DNA from: Cyanophora paradoxa CCMP329
Lineage: Eukaryota > Plantae > Glaucophyta
Reading direction: 5' to 3'
Assembly (NCBI GenBank): GCA_004431415.1
Contig: QPMI01000439.1
Coordinates: forward strand, 1 to 64,000
Length of the DNA: 64,000 nucleotides
Shown: piece by piece, positions 1-16,467 of the stretch
Position numbering within the stretch: the first letter of the stretch is position 1
Layout of the letters: each line of letters starts with the position of its first letter
Made by a program: the position numbers and the translations under genes
The notes under the pieces: model-generated
The model's input: the letters and a program-made list of their open reading frames with translations, nothing else
The model's database searches: none
Told to the model about the DNA's origin: nothing

Positions 1-145
1 CGCCCCCGCCCCGCCCCCCGGCTCGGCCCTTTCTGGCCGGCCATGGGGCAGCGCCACCACCACCAGCACCGCCACCACTACTGCCTCCTCCTCCACCTCC
101 TCCCACCCTCATACCCTTCCCCCCTCTAACTCTCCCCGACGGCAG

Positions 146-4205
<4,060 letters not shown>

Positions 4206-4476
4206 AGCCGCGCCGCTCGAGCTCGGCCGTACGCGTTGACTTTATAATTACGAAGTTTCTTCCAAGATCAAGCCATAATCGTCTAATATCCAATCGTTTC
4301 GAATTCTAATTTCAAAGAAATCGAAGGCCAGAAACCGCCTGCCAGAGCGCATGCATATGCATGTGCAGGAGGAACGCGGCGGCTTCAAAGCGCGAGCATC
4401 GCTTGGAATAGTACAACACGTAGATTACAGGGAGGGCCCCGGCCCAGACTCGGCTCGGCTCGGCTCGGCTCGGCCG

Positions 4477-5889
4477 TCAGCGGCGGGCGGGGGATATGGG
4501 GGCGAACCACTCGGCGCCCATCTTGCGGACGAGGAGCGCCAGAATGAGGAAGAACAGAGCCCAGGCGACCCAGCCCAGCACGTCCGGCTCGTTGTTGGCG
4601 GCCCCGGCCGCCGCGGCCGCGGCCGCGGGGGCCGGCGGGGCGGGAGTAGCAGGCGGGGCGGGAGTAGAAGGCGGGGCCGAGGAGGAGGAGGGGGGGGCGG
4701 AGGAGGAGGAGGGGCCCGCGGGGGCGGGAGCCGGGGCCGGGGTAGAGGAAGAAGAGGACGGGGCGCCGTTGGCGTCCGGCGCGGGCGTCGAGGCCGCGCT
4801 GCCGTCCGCCGCCGCTGGCTTCTCCTCGCCCTTGAAAGAGACCTGGGGGCGCGCGCCGCGGGCGTGAGCCGAGGAGCGCTCCCGCGCGAGGCGAGGGGAG
4901 GTGGGCGGTACCTGAAAGTCGTCGGGGAGGGTCTCGGCCTTGCGCTGCGGGGGCGGCGGGCGGCGGGCGGTTGGCGGTTGGCGGGTGCGGCGCGGGACGG
5001 GCGGGGGGAGCGCTTCACCTCGCCGGTGCCCTTGATGAGGTTCGCAGGCGGGCCGCAGCGGTCGCAGCACCACGTGACGCTCTTGGCGGCCAGCGCCTGT
5101 GTGTGTGTGCGCGCGCGCAGCGCCGGGTGCGTGAGCCCGAGCGGGGCTCGCAGCGGGAGACAGCGCGCGTGATCAAATTCGAACCTTGCGCTCTTCGGGC
5201 GGGTAGTCGAGCGAGCCGACGGCGCCCTCGGGCTTGGAAGGCATGAAGCCGATCAGTGCGACGAGCACGGTGCGGACTGCGCGCGAGGGCGTCGGCGGCG
5301 CGGGCGGAGCGGCGCGGGGGGGTGCGCACTGCTCCAGGAAGGCTGCCAGTACTCGGGGTGGTAGTTCGAAATGCTAAGGCAGATCTTCTTGTTCGTCTCG
5401 AACCGGCCGTTCGGCTGCGGCGGTGCATACGTCAGCAGATGTACTCGACCTCCGCGGAGCCGCGGAGGCAAGCGGCGGGGCGCACCGTGAGGAGAATGAT
5501 GGACGGCGGCTTGAACGGATACTCGGACGGCAGGATGATGCGGCCGTGGTAGATGCCGCCGGCGAACTCAGTGTCGGGGGGGCCGCGGATTGTGAAGTGC
5601 CAATCGAAGATGTTGTCCTGCGCCGTGATACGGCGTCAGCGACGAACAGAGAGACGGCGCCGTACGCGTGGCGGCGGCGAACATCCATGGGAGCAGCGCC
5701 GAAGTCGGGGCTGTCCTCCCGCTCCATCTCCTTCGCCTCCTGCATGATACGCTTCACGGCCGTGTTCTGCGACCCGAGGAGACGGCGTCAGTCGCGGCTG
5801 CGACCCGCTTTGCTGTCGCGGCTCGCCTTCAGGTTGTAGTTCTTCGCGGCCTTCGCCGAGGTCGAAGACCCCTCCGGCGACGCCTGCAT
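4477..5889 (-). CDS. UBE2J1: ER tail-anchored ubiquitin-conjugating enzyme E2 J1 (Ubc6 class)
   Basis: Spliced: NYNLK|[11 protein letters not shown]..|[44 protein letters not shown]|[28 protein letters not shown]|[19 protein letters not shown]..|WCCDRCG. C-terminal [20 protein letters not shown]. Confidence 0.93.
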
Positions 5890-6337
5890 CGTGGAGAGAG
5901 GCAGGCGCGCGGCGTCTGGCGCCTTGCGAAGTCTCGGTTCCTGGGTACAGCACACCGGAGGTGGAAGTTGACAGCACCCGCGCTTCTGAGCCCCTGAGCC
6001 GCCAAGTGCGAACTTTAGAGCTTTCGCACGGCAGTGCGCCTGGACCCGCGTTGCTCGGAGTTCAGCGCCCCCGCGCGGACCGCGCTCCAGCTGCAGCTGC
6101 CACAGCGAGGCCGAGCCTGCGCTCGAACCGATCCGCAGTGCTCGAGCGATCTTGCGCCGGTTTCTTGCCGGCGCCAGGCCCGCGCCAGCGGTCCGCTGTA
6201 CCCGAAATTCGAGGTTCGACCGAAGTCTCGGGTGAAGCAGGCCCTCAATGGTTCGGGGGAGGTGCGCGCACGGACGCCCGACCTCTTCTTCTTCTGATTT
6301 CTGAGCTGTTTGCAGCGGCGAGGAGCGCCCAGCGAAG

Positions 6338-9300
6338 ATGGCGAAGACGGACGCGGGCGACGCGAAAGTGGGCGAGGAGGCGAGCGCGTTCGCCTCGCTG
6401 GCGGACTTCACGATCGACCGGCTGCTGGGCGAGGACGTCGAGAAGAAGTCCCACTTCGTTCTCGCCATCGCTAAACCCGGCTCTGTCGTGGCTGAGGGGG
6501 CTCGCGGTGCGATCAATTGCAATCTCTGAGCCCACTTCAACCAACCCGCGCTCGTCGCAGCGATTCTGAAGATCAACAAGCAGCATTTCAGCGAGGACGA
6601 GGCGCCCACCCGCCCGCCTCGCGCCCCGCCCCGCGCAGCTGAGCTGAGCTGATTATAAGGCCGCAGCTGAGGGGGCTGGTGGCGGCCGCGGGGGCGGCGC
6701 CGCTGCGGGCCTGCATGCTGAACGACAAGTACCACGAGTACCTCGCGGACTGCGATCCGAGGCTTAACCGCGTCAAGGTGCGCCGCGGCCGCGTCGACAG
6801 CGCCGCGTCAAATTAAAATGAGCCGATTGGCTCTGAGACACAGCGAGACCTATCTAGCTTTAGGTCTAGATCGGACCATAAGATCACATGGAAGGCCGGG
6901 TCAGAACTCATTAACAAAGATAAACGCCGCGCGAGTCGACGTCGCGCGCCCGCCTCGAATCACCTCGGACGAACCCGGCGGGATTTAGATCTAGCTCGAG
7001 CTCTAGATATCGATCTGCAGCTGATCACATGAGCCTCCGCAGGTTTCGGTCATCTGCCCCGTCACGGACGAGGAGATCGAGCGGCACTCCCTCCAGCGGT
7101 CCGCGTACCCCCTTCTTCCGGATCCTCCCCCCCCTACAGATCAGATCTGACGTCGACGCCCGCGTGCAGCCGCTTCGCGGTGCGGGAGACCCCCGCGGCC
7201 TACGAGGCAGTCACTTCCGTGCGCCGGCGCCCTCCGATTTAGCCCTGGGGGAGGGGGGTAGAGGCGCTGGGGGTACGGCGCCGCGCTCTCCGGGCGCCCC
7301 CCCCCCCCCCCCCCCCTCCCCACCCCACCCCACCCTCTCTCCCGCCCTACCCTCCTAGGCGACCGCTGACGTTCTCGCTCGCGGCCGAAGAAACACGTGG
7401 CGGAGATCCCCGCCAAGCGCACCGAGTGGGCGCGCCCCTCCCCCCCCTCCCTCCCCCCCCCCCCCTCCCCCCCCCGCCGCCCCCGCCCAGCCCCGCCCCG
7501 CCCCTCCTGCGCCATCTCTTTTAAGCTCTAGATTTTTCCAACGTTGACACGCTTCCCGCCCCGCCTTTTCTCCCTTTCATTTAGACCTTTCAAACCTCCG
7601 CCCCGCCCCCGCTCCCGCCCCCGCGTCCTCGCTTTGGGCGCCTCTCCTCTTTCTTCTTCGATCTCTCCACCCCGCCCCGCCCCGCCCCTTTCTACTCCTC
7701 AAGCTTCCCCTCCTCCGATATCGATCCCCTCCCCGCGCCCTCACTCTAGATCTCGTTGACACTCTTTCGCCGGGCGGGCAGGTGCGGAACATCCTGGAGG
7801 GCAAGAAGGAGGTCCAGCGCCTCGTCTGCCAGGCGAGCGCGCGCGCCAGTGCCGCAGTCCCGCTGAGCTCATCTTAGGCTTTGCTTCTTATAATCAGCTT
7901 AAGCTTCGCTTCCGTGTTCCTCTTAGCTATATCTATCTCAGCTTCCTTCCTACCTTTTCTTCCTTTTCCAAGAATCCAGCGCGTCGTCGAGCTAGATCTA
8001 GATCGCGTCGCCTAGATCTTCTCTAGCTTCAGCATCCATCTTCTCCGCTTGCCTTCTCGAGCCCCCTGTCTCGCGCAGGAGGCCGGGGAGCGGGACGGCT
8101 TCGTGTGCGTCTTCGACTCGAAGTGGGACGGCGAGGACCCCCGCGCCTGCTACTGCCTCGGTCCGCCCCCGCCCGGCCCCGCCCCCGCCAGAGATCCCTA
8201 GAGATTCTGCCTAGCTTGAGCCTTCTGCCGCCTAGCTTTAGCCGCCTAAATCCACGACTCCCGCTTCGCGACCGGTCCGGCCCTTCTGACTCCCCTGCCG
8301 CGCCTGCCGAATGGGGCGGCGGCGATCTAGAGCTGCAACCTTCTGCCTAGCCTTCAGCCTTCTGCCTAGCTGAGCCTCGCGACCGGTCCGGCCCTTCTGA
8401 CGCCCCGCGCGGGGCCGCGCCTCGGGCAGCAATCGCGCGGGACGGGTCGCTGCGCCCCTAGCTTTAGCTAACTGCGATCTTTAGCTTTTATCTTTCGCCC
8501 TTGCTTTCGTTCGCTAGTCCTGACTCCCCTGCCGCGCCTGCGCAGCGATCGTGCGGGATGGGTCGCTGCGGAGCGTGCGGGACCTCGACGCCTCCCGCCT
8601 GCCCCTCCTCCGCTCCCTCCGCTCCAAGGTGCCGTGCCCTCCCGCGTCCCACCTTAAGCTCAAGCTTCTTGCCAAGCAGAGCTTCTTAAGCTAACCTGAT
8701 CTCCCTTCGCCCCTCCGCTCCCTCCGCTCCCTCCTCCGAACTCGCTTCCTTCGGGTTCGGTTCGAGGCTTCCCTCTAAGAGCCTCCCCTTGTCCCGTTGT
8801 TCCACTACTCCTCCTCGAATACTCTTCAACTCTAGAGCCCGTTGGTCCCGAGAACTTGTCCACCCGCTCCTCCGCTCCCTAAGCTCCCTTTGCGGTCGCT
8901 TCCCTCCGAGAGCCTGCCCCCCGGCCGCAGTGCGAGGCGGCGATCGAGGGGCGGTGGGGCCTCCGCGAGGACCAGCTTCGCTTCTTCTTCCACTACCAGC
9001 CCCAGGCGAGCCGGAAGCCGAGCCGCCGAGCATGATCATGAGCCCAACCCGCTCATGATCACTGGGCTGGGGCATTACAAGCTAACGCCGATAAAGCCAA
9101 AGGGAAAGCTATTTTGACGTAAATCGAAGGCACGAACCGCGGCTAGATACGGAATCAAGACGCTGAGCCCAGCCCAGCCTAGCCCGGCCCGCTCGAGCCC
9201 GCCGCGTCGCTCACTGGGCTGGGCTGGGGCATGCACCGCAGTTCTACCACCTGCACGTGCACGTCCAGGCGCGCGCAGCCCGCGCCTCCCCCCTCCCTCC

Positions 9301-10055
9301 CTCCCGCCTTCCTCTTCTTACCGACCGGCCCCCGCAGGCCCTCTCGTCGCCCGTGCTGGGCCAGGCGACCTCCGTCGGCCACGCCATCGCCCTCGAGGAC
9401 GTGCGCGCGAACTCAAGCTGACAAAAGCTTAAGCAGATTTAGAACAGAAGCTCAAACTAGCTGAGCCCAGGCTGCTCCCTCTCTACACCCCTTCCATTCT
9501 TTCCGTTCCTCGGAGCCTCTTGTGATACCTGACCCCGCGCGCGCCCTCGCCCGCGCAGGTAATCCAGGCGCTCGAGGCCGACGGCGACTACTTCCGCAAG
9601 GCGACCCTCACGTGCGCCGGCCCCCTCCGACCTCCCACCGTCTAGTCCCTTCCCGAGCCACAGGGCAGAGTCTAAACTCTACCGCCACACCTAAGCCACT
9701 TAGGCTATCTCGCCGGCGACCCTCACGTGCGCCGTCCGGCCCGTCCACGGGTCCGCCCTCCGAGGCTTAAGCTCCCTTCGGATCCGGATGTCGATCCCTC
9801 CCTCGATACTAAACGACGAGCCGCCCTGATCGTCTTCGAATTCGATTCGCGGCCGGGCGCGCGCGCAGGTGCGTGCTGGGCGAGCGGGACGCCCTCTTCC
9901 AGAAGCTCGTCGCGGCGGGGCACGCCCGCGCCCCGCCCCCGGCCCCGGCCCCGGCCGCCCCGGCCTTGGCCGCCCCGGCCGCTCCGGCCGCCGCCCCTAC
10001 TCCCGCCCCGGCCCCTAGGCCTGCCGCCCCGGCCCCCACTCCCGCAGCGGAGTAG
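6338..10055 (+). CDS. DCPS: m7GpppX diphosphatase (scavenger decapping enzyme, HIT family)
   Basis: Spliced: NDKYHEY, VICP, VRETPAAYEAVT, W|VRNILEGKKE, DSKWDG, SLRSVRDL, LRFFFHYQPQ|FYHLHVHV (HIT motif on a 27-nt exon, 9242-9268), VGHAIALED, YFRKATLT. Confidence 0.92.
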
Positions 10056-10340
10056 GCAGTTCGGTAATATATTTGATCAGCGATAGGCTCCGTCGGGGCG
10101 AAGGGAAGGGGGTCGGAGGGAGAGGGGAAGGGGGGGGGGGGGTACCGTTCGGCCCAGTGGAGCAGTCTGCCTCCACTGGGCCAACGGCAAAGGATGGAGG
10201 AGGGGGTACGGCATGGTACGGGTAGGGGGACCGGGGCGGGATCCCAGAGTCCCGCGGGACGGGCCTTCCAGCGCCTCCACTCTGGGCAAGCGGCGGCAAG
10301 GAAAGGGGGAAGGGGGGTGGAAAGGGGGGTACGGCCGGAT

Positions 10341-13294
10341 CTAGACGGGGGGCATCTCGGCGCGGAGGGCGTGCCAGTAGGCGAACCAGCCCTCGAGCTC
10401 GGCGCGGCGCTCCCCGTCGGGCGCCCACGGCTTGTGCTCCGCGTAGTGCACGATCTGGCGGGCGAGAGAGATGAGAGACAGTGAGAGGAATCGGAGGCCT
10501 CGGGAGAGGTTATCGAGTTTAGAAAGTTTACGATAAGAATAAGACTAGATCTGATAAGACGAGTTACCAGCGGAGTATACGAGTAAGAGGCCCCCCCCCC
10601 CCCCCCCACCCCCACCCCCCCCCCTTCCAGGGGACAGGAAATAAAAACGCGTACCCGGACGGAGCCTGAGCGGCGGGCGAGGAACTGGCGGTTGACGGGG
10701 AAGTCGGGGAGGAGGACGTGGGGGAGGAACCCGAAGGCGTACGGCAGGCCCGTGATCCGCCTGCGCTCGATGCCAAGATAAAGTTAGAGGAACTCGGGGC
10801 AAAGAAGCTGGGGTGCAAATTGTAGCTTGAGCTTAGCGTAACAGGGAAGCTGATGCGCGCGCTTAGCGTAACAGAGAAACTTGGCGGAAGCTCGGAGCTA
10901 AAGCCGAAAGTGGTCGGGCGCGAGGGTGGCGAGGCGTGAGGGTGGCGAAGCGCGGGGAGGGCTAATGATAAGCTAGGCAATGAAGCTTTGGCCTTGGTTT
11001 TGGCCAAAGAAGAAGAAGAATTATAAGCTGATCTATAGCTAAGCCATTGGCGCTAATCATAAGAGAGGCCGAGGCGCAAGCTACAGCTATAGCTAAGCGG
11101 ACCGCTTGAAGTGCTCGTTGAGGAGGGCCTGGTCGTAGGGCCCGAGGGTGACCTCGTCGCCGTAGTCCTCGTCCCAGCGCCAGTAGTAGTTCCACGACAT
11201 CGGCAGCACGCCCCGCTCGTCCTGATATATAGACAGGTAGATGAGCGGTGGGAAGGTAGATAGATAGATAGATAGATGGGAGCTTGACATGTCCAAGCTA
11301 GGTTAAATTGCCTGGGAGCTTGGCAAGCTTTGCCTAGCTTTGCCTAAGGTAAATAGGGAAATAGTAATAGTTCCACGACATCGTCCTGCCGCCCGCGCTC
11401 AGCTGAGCGGTGGGAAGGTAGGTGGATGGATGGATGGGCGCGGGCGGAGGGATGGATAGGAGACAGGTTTAGTTAGATAGATAATCGGTCCTGATAGATA
11501 GATAGGGAGGTTTAGTTCCTTGGGAGCTCAGCGGTGGGAAGATGGATGGATGGAAGGGCGCGGGCGGAGGGATGGGAGATGGATGAAGCTAGATTGACGG
11601 GCGCGGGCAGAGAGATATACAGGAACCAGGGCGCACGCGGTCGCGGTCCCAGTCGGCGGCCTTGGCGAGGAGGGCCTCGAAGTCGGCGCGGGCCGGGCGC
11701 AGCAGGAAGAGGCCCGAGTTCATCGTCGGCCCGTACACGCTCGTGTGCCTGATCATGAGGGGCGTCGTCATTCGCAAGGGGCGCAAGCAAGGCTCGAGGC
11801 TTTCGCTTAACCCCCGTACGGCTTCTTAGCTTCTTAGGGGGCGCAAGGCTTAAGGGCTAAAGCTTTAGCGTCGACCCGTACACGCTCGTGTGGGTGCCCG
11901 GGAGGAGGGGGGGAGGGGGGGGGGAAGAGGGGGGGGGGGGGGGGTCGTCAGCGTCGGGGTCAGATTGACTCCTCTAAGCTTGGTATTGATCTACTGCTGC
12001 ATTCATAGACTCTCTTTTTTGAAGCTTCCTTTTTGAAGGTCACACACGAGGAGGCGCACTCTCTAAACTTAAGCTTAAGCTTAAGCTCTCTAGGCTTTCT
12101 TAAGCTTGAGCTCTCTTCAGAAAAAGCGCACCAGAGGGCGCCGTCGGGCACCGCGCAGGGCGCCAGGCACCGGAACGCCTCGTCCGCGTTCTGCGCGGGG
12201 CGGGCCCCGGGGGGTACCGGTTAGGGCTTTGGGGGAAGGGGGGTACCCGGGGTCAGCTACAGCCGTGCGCTTCTCTCTCTCTCTACTCCCCCTCCCATGT
12301 GGCGGGGGTACGGGCGCGCCTGCAGGAAGAGGTTATCCGCCTCTAGGACGACCACCTTGGGGTACTGCGTCATGTTGAAGGCCTGGGTCGGGGTACCGGG
12401 TCGGATTGGCGGCGGAGGGGGTAAAGGCGCGCGGCGCGCGGCGCACGTGCAGCTTCGTCCACGTGTCGACGTATCGATCTTCCGGTCTCGCGTGCCTGCG
12501 GGCGGGGCGTGAGGGGGGTACGACGTTCCAGGGAAAGGCGTCCAAGGGCAAAGGGAGGGAGAAGAGTGGGCGGCGCCGGATGCTTCCGCAGCTAAAGCTT
12601 CGGCCGCTGGGGCGGGCGTGGGCGCTCGGCTAGGGATGAAGAATGAATGCCGGGCGGCCGGGCCCAGCGGGAGATGAGAAAGCAAGCGGCTCCACACTGA
12701 AAGGAAAGGCACGCGGCGCGGCGGGCGGGCGCGGAGCGGAGCGCGCACCGGATCGGCTCGACGACGTGGATGCGGTCGAAGACGGCGGCCAGGCGCAGGC
12801 GGTCGACGAGCGGCACGGCGCGGCTGACGAGCGCCGCCGTCTCGTGGCTCGTGTTCGTGCGCAAGATCGAGTATCCGAGCACCATAGCCGGCGTCACGTA
12901 GTCCGCGGTCGTCACGATGACCGCCCACACGCCCTCCGCTGCTCCCGCGCGGGCGTCTCGGCTCACAGCTGGACGCAAAGCCGCGGGAGCGGGGCGCACC
13001 CGTCGAGCGGGGCCTCCACTCACTCCTGTACTTCGCGCTTGCGCCGGGAAGCGGCACCGACGCGGGATCGACGGACTGCGTTCGCGGTTGAGCCCGGGCG
13101 ACGAGGGCCGGACTGGAAGCTGGGCCACGCACCGCGAGCAGCGGGCCTGGAAAGCGCTCCGCGATGATCTCGACCGCCGCGCACGTTCTGCTGAGGCACG
13201 CGAGGACGCCCAGCGCCGCCAGCGCGGCTCGCGCCAGCCAGCGCTCCCTGTGTCGGCAGGCGACTCTCCTGTCGCCCGCCCGCTTCGAGGCCAT
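10341..13294 (-). CDS. GT8-family glycosyltransferase (glycogenin/PGSIP-like) with N-terminal hydrophobic anchor
   Basis: Spliced: YVTPAMVLGYSILRT, TWTKLH|AFNMTQYPKVVVLEADNLFLQ|NADEAF, MNSGLFLLRP, YDQALLN, IVHYAEHKPW. These are the GT8 motifs. Confidence 0.88.
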
Positions 13295-13514
13295 CCGCGG
13301 CGTGGCCCTTGGAGTACTGGCAGCGCAGCCGGCCTGCTTAAACTTGTGCACTTCTGTTTCTGTGTACCCCAGCTGGCAGCCTGGGCTGCCTGGCTGCCTG
13401 GGCCGCTGCAGCTGCCTGCCGCTTGCGGCATCAATCTGCAGCAGACTAGGCAGCCAGCGCCCAGCGCATGTGCCGGCGCCTCGAACGCTTCGCATACGTC
13501 CTCGCGCGAGGGAC

Positions 13515-15650
13515 ATGGCGGCCCCAGAGCTGGACTTCGACGGGCTCGCGCGGGTCTGGCCCGAGATCGCCGTCCAGCTGCGGCGGGTTCCAGACGTCCG
13601 ATGAGCTCGAGGTGCGGCGCCCTCGCTTCTGTTCGGCCGGCATCCAAAGCGCTTTAAATTCCAGGACCTCGTCAAGAGCATCGTGGCGGTCCGCGAGAGC
13701 GCCGCGAAGGACGCCGTGGACATTTCCGGCCTGCGCAGGTGCCGTGCGCGTGCGCGTCCTCTGCGCAGGCCTCAGCTTCGTCTCAGCTTTTGTGTCTGAC
13801 CGCCCCGCCGCCCAGTTTCTTGGCGGAGTACCTGACGCCGCAGGAGCGCGCGTCGCTCTTCGGCGAGGTGCTCCCGGCGATCCAGCGCGCCGCTTCCGAG
13901 ATCCCCTCTCTCCCTCGCTTCCCCGTCCTCGCGGTCCGTCCGCTTGGGTCGCGCGCGCCGCCCCGGCCCCTCTCTGACGCCATGGCGTGCGCGCGGCGCA
14001 GGATGACGGGCAACTACTCTCCTTCACGAACCGGGAATGCGCCGTGCTGGTGGCCGCCGCGTTCCTATGCGCGGCGCCGGCCCCGCGGCCGGACGATCCG
14101 CGCCGCTTCAACGAATTCAGCTTCGCGCTGCTGCACGGGCGGACGAGCTACGAGGAGGCGGGCCCCCGCTGCAGCCCGCAGGCCGCCGCCAAGCTCAGGT
14201 GCTTCCTGAACTACCTGCGGCGGGCGCTGCTGCTGGGCCCGCCGGCGCCCGCCGGCGCCGGCGCCGACTCCGCCACGCGCCGCGTCGTCCTCCAAAGGCG
14301 CCGCCTGGCCTCCGAGCCGCGATGGGACCGGAGCGCGGCGCCGCTCGCGGGCGCGCGGCCGACGTTCCACCTGCTCGGCACCATCGAGGACGCCCCCCCG
14401 GGGACCCTCCAGGTCGACTTCGCAAACGAGTGCGCCGAAACCTAGACCCGCTTTCTTTCCTTCGGGCGCGCGCCCCGCCCCGCCCCGCCCCAACGGAGGC
14501 CCGCACCGCCCCGCGCAGGCTCATCGGCGGCGGCGCCCTCTCCACGGTCCGCCGTCCCCCCCTCCCCCCCCCTCCCTTTCCGCGGCGCGCCTGTATCCCC
14601 GGGCCTTAGGAATTTCTTGACCCGCCTTCCCGCAGGGCTGCGTGCAGGAAGAGATCCGCTTCGCGCTGAGCCCCGAGTGCCTCGTCTCCATGCTCGTCTG
14701 CCCCGTCATGAAGGTCCCCGTAACTCCCTCCACTGTACCCCCCTAGAAACCCTGAATTGCTCCTGTACCCACCCACAGGACGACGAGGCCATCCTCATCT
14801 CTGGCACGGAGAGGTACAGCGATTACAGGGGGTACGCGTTCGGCCTTGAGTTCGCGGGCGACCACGTGGACTCCACCCCCATGTGCGGGAGGCCCCGTAC
14901 CCCCCCTAGAGCGCTGTACCCCCGACGCCACCGCAGGGACGAGCGCGGGAACCTGCGGAGCCACATTGTCGCGATCGACGCCGTGGATTGGCGGTCCGCG
15001 TGCCCCGCCCCCCCCCTCCCCCAACTCTCTGTACCCCCCCGCGACTCTCGACGCAGGTGGGGGGTAGCAAAGAGGCAGTACCGGCCGGAGTGCATGCGGC
15101 GGGAGCTGAGGAAGGCGCTGGCTGGCTTCCTGCCCTGGCCGCACGTGCCAGAAACCGACGCGGCGGCCCCTATCGCTTCAGGTGAGCAACGAGCGAGCGC
15201 CCGGCCCAGTTGTTGCTAGCACTCGGCAGGGGCCGACGCCGTCGTCGCGGGGCAGGGCACTGGGGCTGCGGGGCCTTCCTGGGCGACCGCCAGCTCAAGT
15301 TCCTCCTGCAGGCCATGGCCGCCGCCGAGGCCCGCCGTACCCCTCCCTCCCGCAGCTGTACGAGTACCCCCGCTGTACTAATTTGATCCACACAGCAGGC
15401 GGGGCGGCCGCTCCTGTACTACGCCTTCGGAGACTCGGACTTCGTCGCCGAGGCGGAGCGCGTGTGGGGCCTCGCATGCGCCCGCCTGCGGACGGTGGGC
15501 GGCCTCTGGGGCGCCCTGCTGGGGTACAGCGCGCTGCGGGACGGGCCGGCGCGGGCGGGGGCGGGCGCGGGCGGCGGGGGGGAGCCCCCGACGCTCTTCT
15601 CGTACCTCGCTGAGACCCTCGCCGACCCCGCCTCTAGATCTTATAATTAG
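13515..15650 (+). CDS. PARG: Poly(ADP-ribose) glycohydrolase
   Basis: Spliced: AKLRCFLNY, LQVDFANE|LIGGGALST|GCVQEEIRF (GGG-X6-QEE signature), YSDYRGY (tyrosine clasp), IVAIDA, RELRKA, SG|HWGCGAFLGD..LKFLLQ. Confidence 0.95.
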
Positions 15651-16467
15651 CTTCAGCTTATTTTAATTATGTTGCCGGTCTGGAAGGTCATATGTTGATA
15701 CTCTCATGTTGGAAGGTCGAATATTCTAGATATCGATGTATGTATAGATCAATGATTCAGCGAGTCTGGCTGTAAGCACGCGCTGCCATGCGCCAATTGT
15801 TTTTGGCCGGCCCCGGGCCCGGCGGCGCCAGGGTCGACGTAAGCCTGCCCCAGTGGCAAACCTGACATGATCATGATCATGAAATAAAAAAAAGAGCTCG
15901 GAGAGGGTCAGCTGCAGGTTCGAATTCCGGGCGCTGAGTCGACGTCGCAATTGCAATCTTGAATTTCAAGCACTGCGGCAACAAGATCGGGTTTTTGGAC
16001 AGGGTCAGGCCTGCAGCTGAAAGAGAGGGTCCGCTGCAGGTTCCGGGCGCGGGCGCTGACGTCGACGTCGGAGGAGAACACACTGTGACAGGAATCAATC
16101 TTGTGGGATATCCATGCCCGCCGGCCCAGTGCCGGCCGGGCCCAGGGGCGGGGGTCGGGGTCGGGTTCCGGGCGCTGACGTCGGAGGAGCCTTGGAGCAT
16201 ACAGGAAGCTTAATTAAAAGCTTAAGCAATCTCGTCGGATGCCCGCGCGCCGGCCCAGTGCCGGCGCCCCGCCGGCCGGGCCGACCGCGACTTCTAAATT
16301 TAGCTAGCTGAGCCTCGAGCTCGGAGCCCCGTCCCACCCGCCTGCAGGCTGCAGCTGGCCCCCGCATGCAGCCGGTACCGGTGCCCAAATAAAATTGTTC
16401 TCGATTGCTTGTTTCAATGAACGTTGAATCAAGAGAGACCTTAGATCTAGATCTCGCGATGGCAGCT

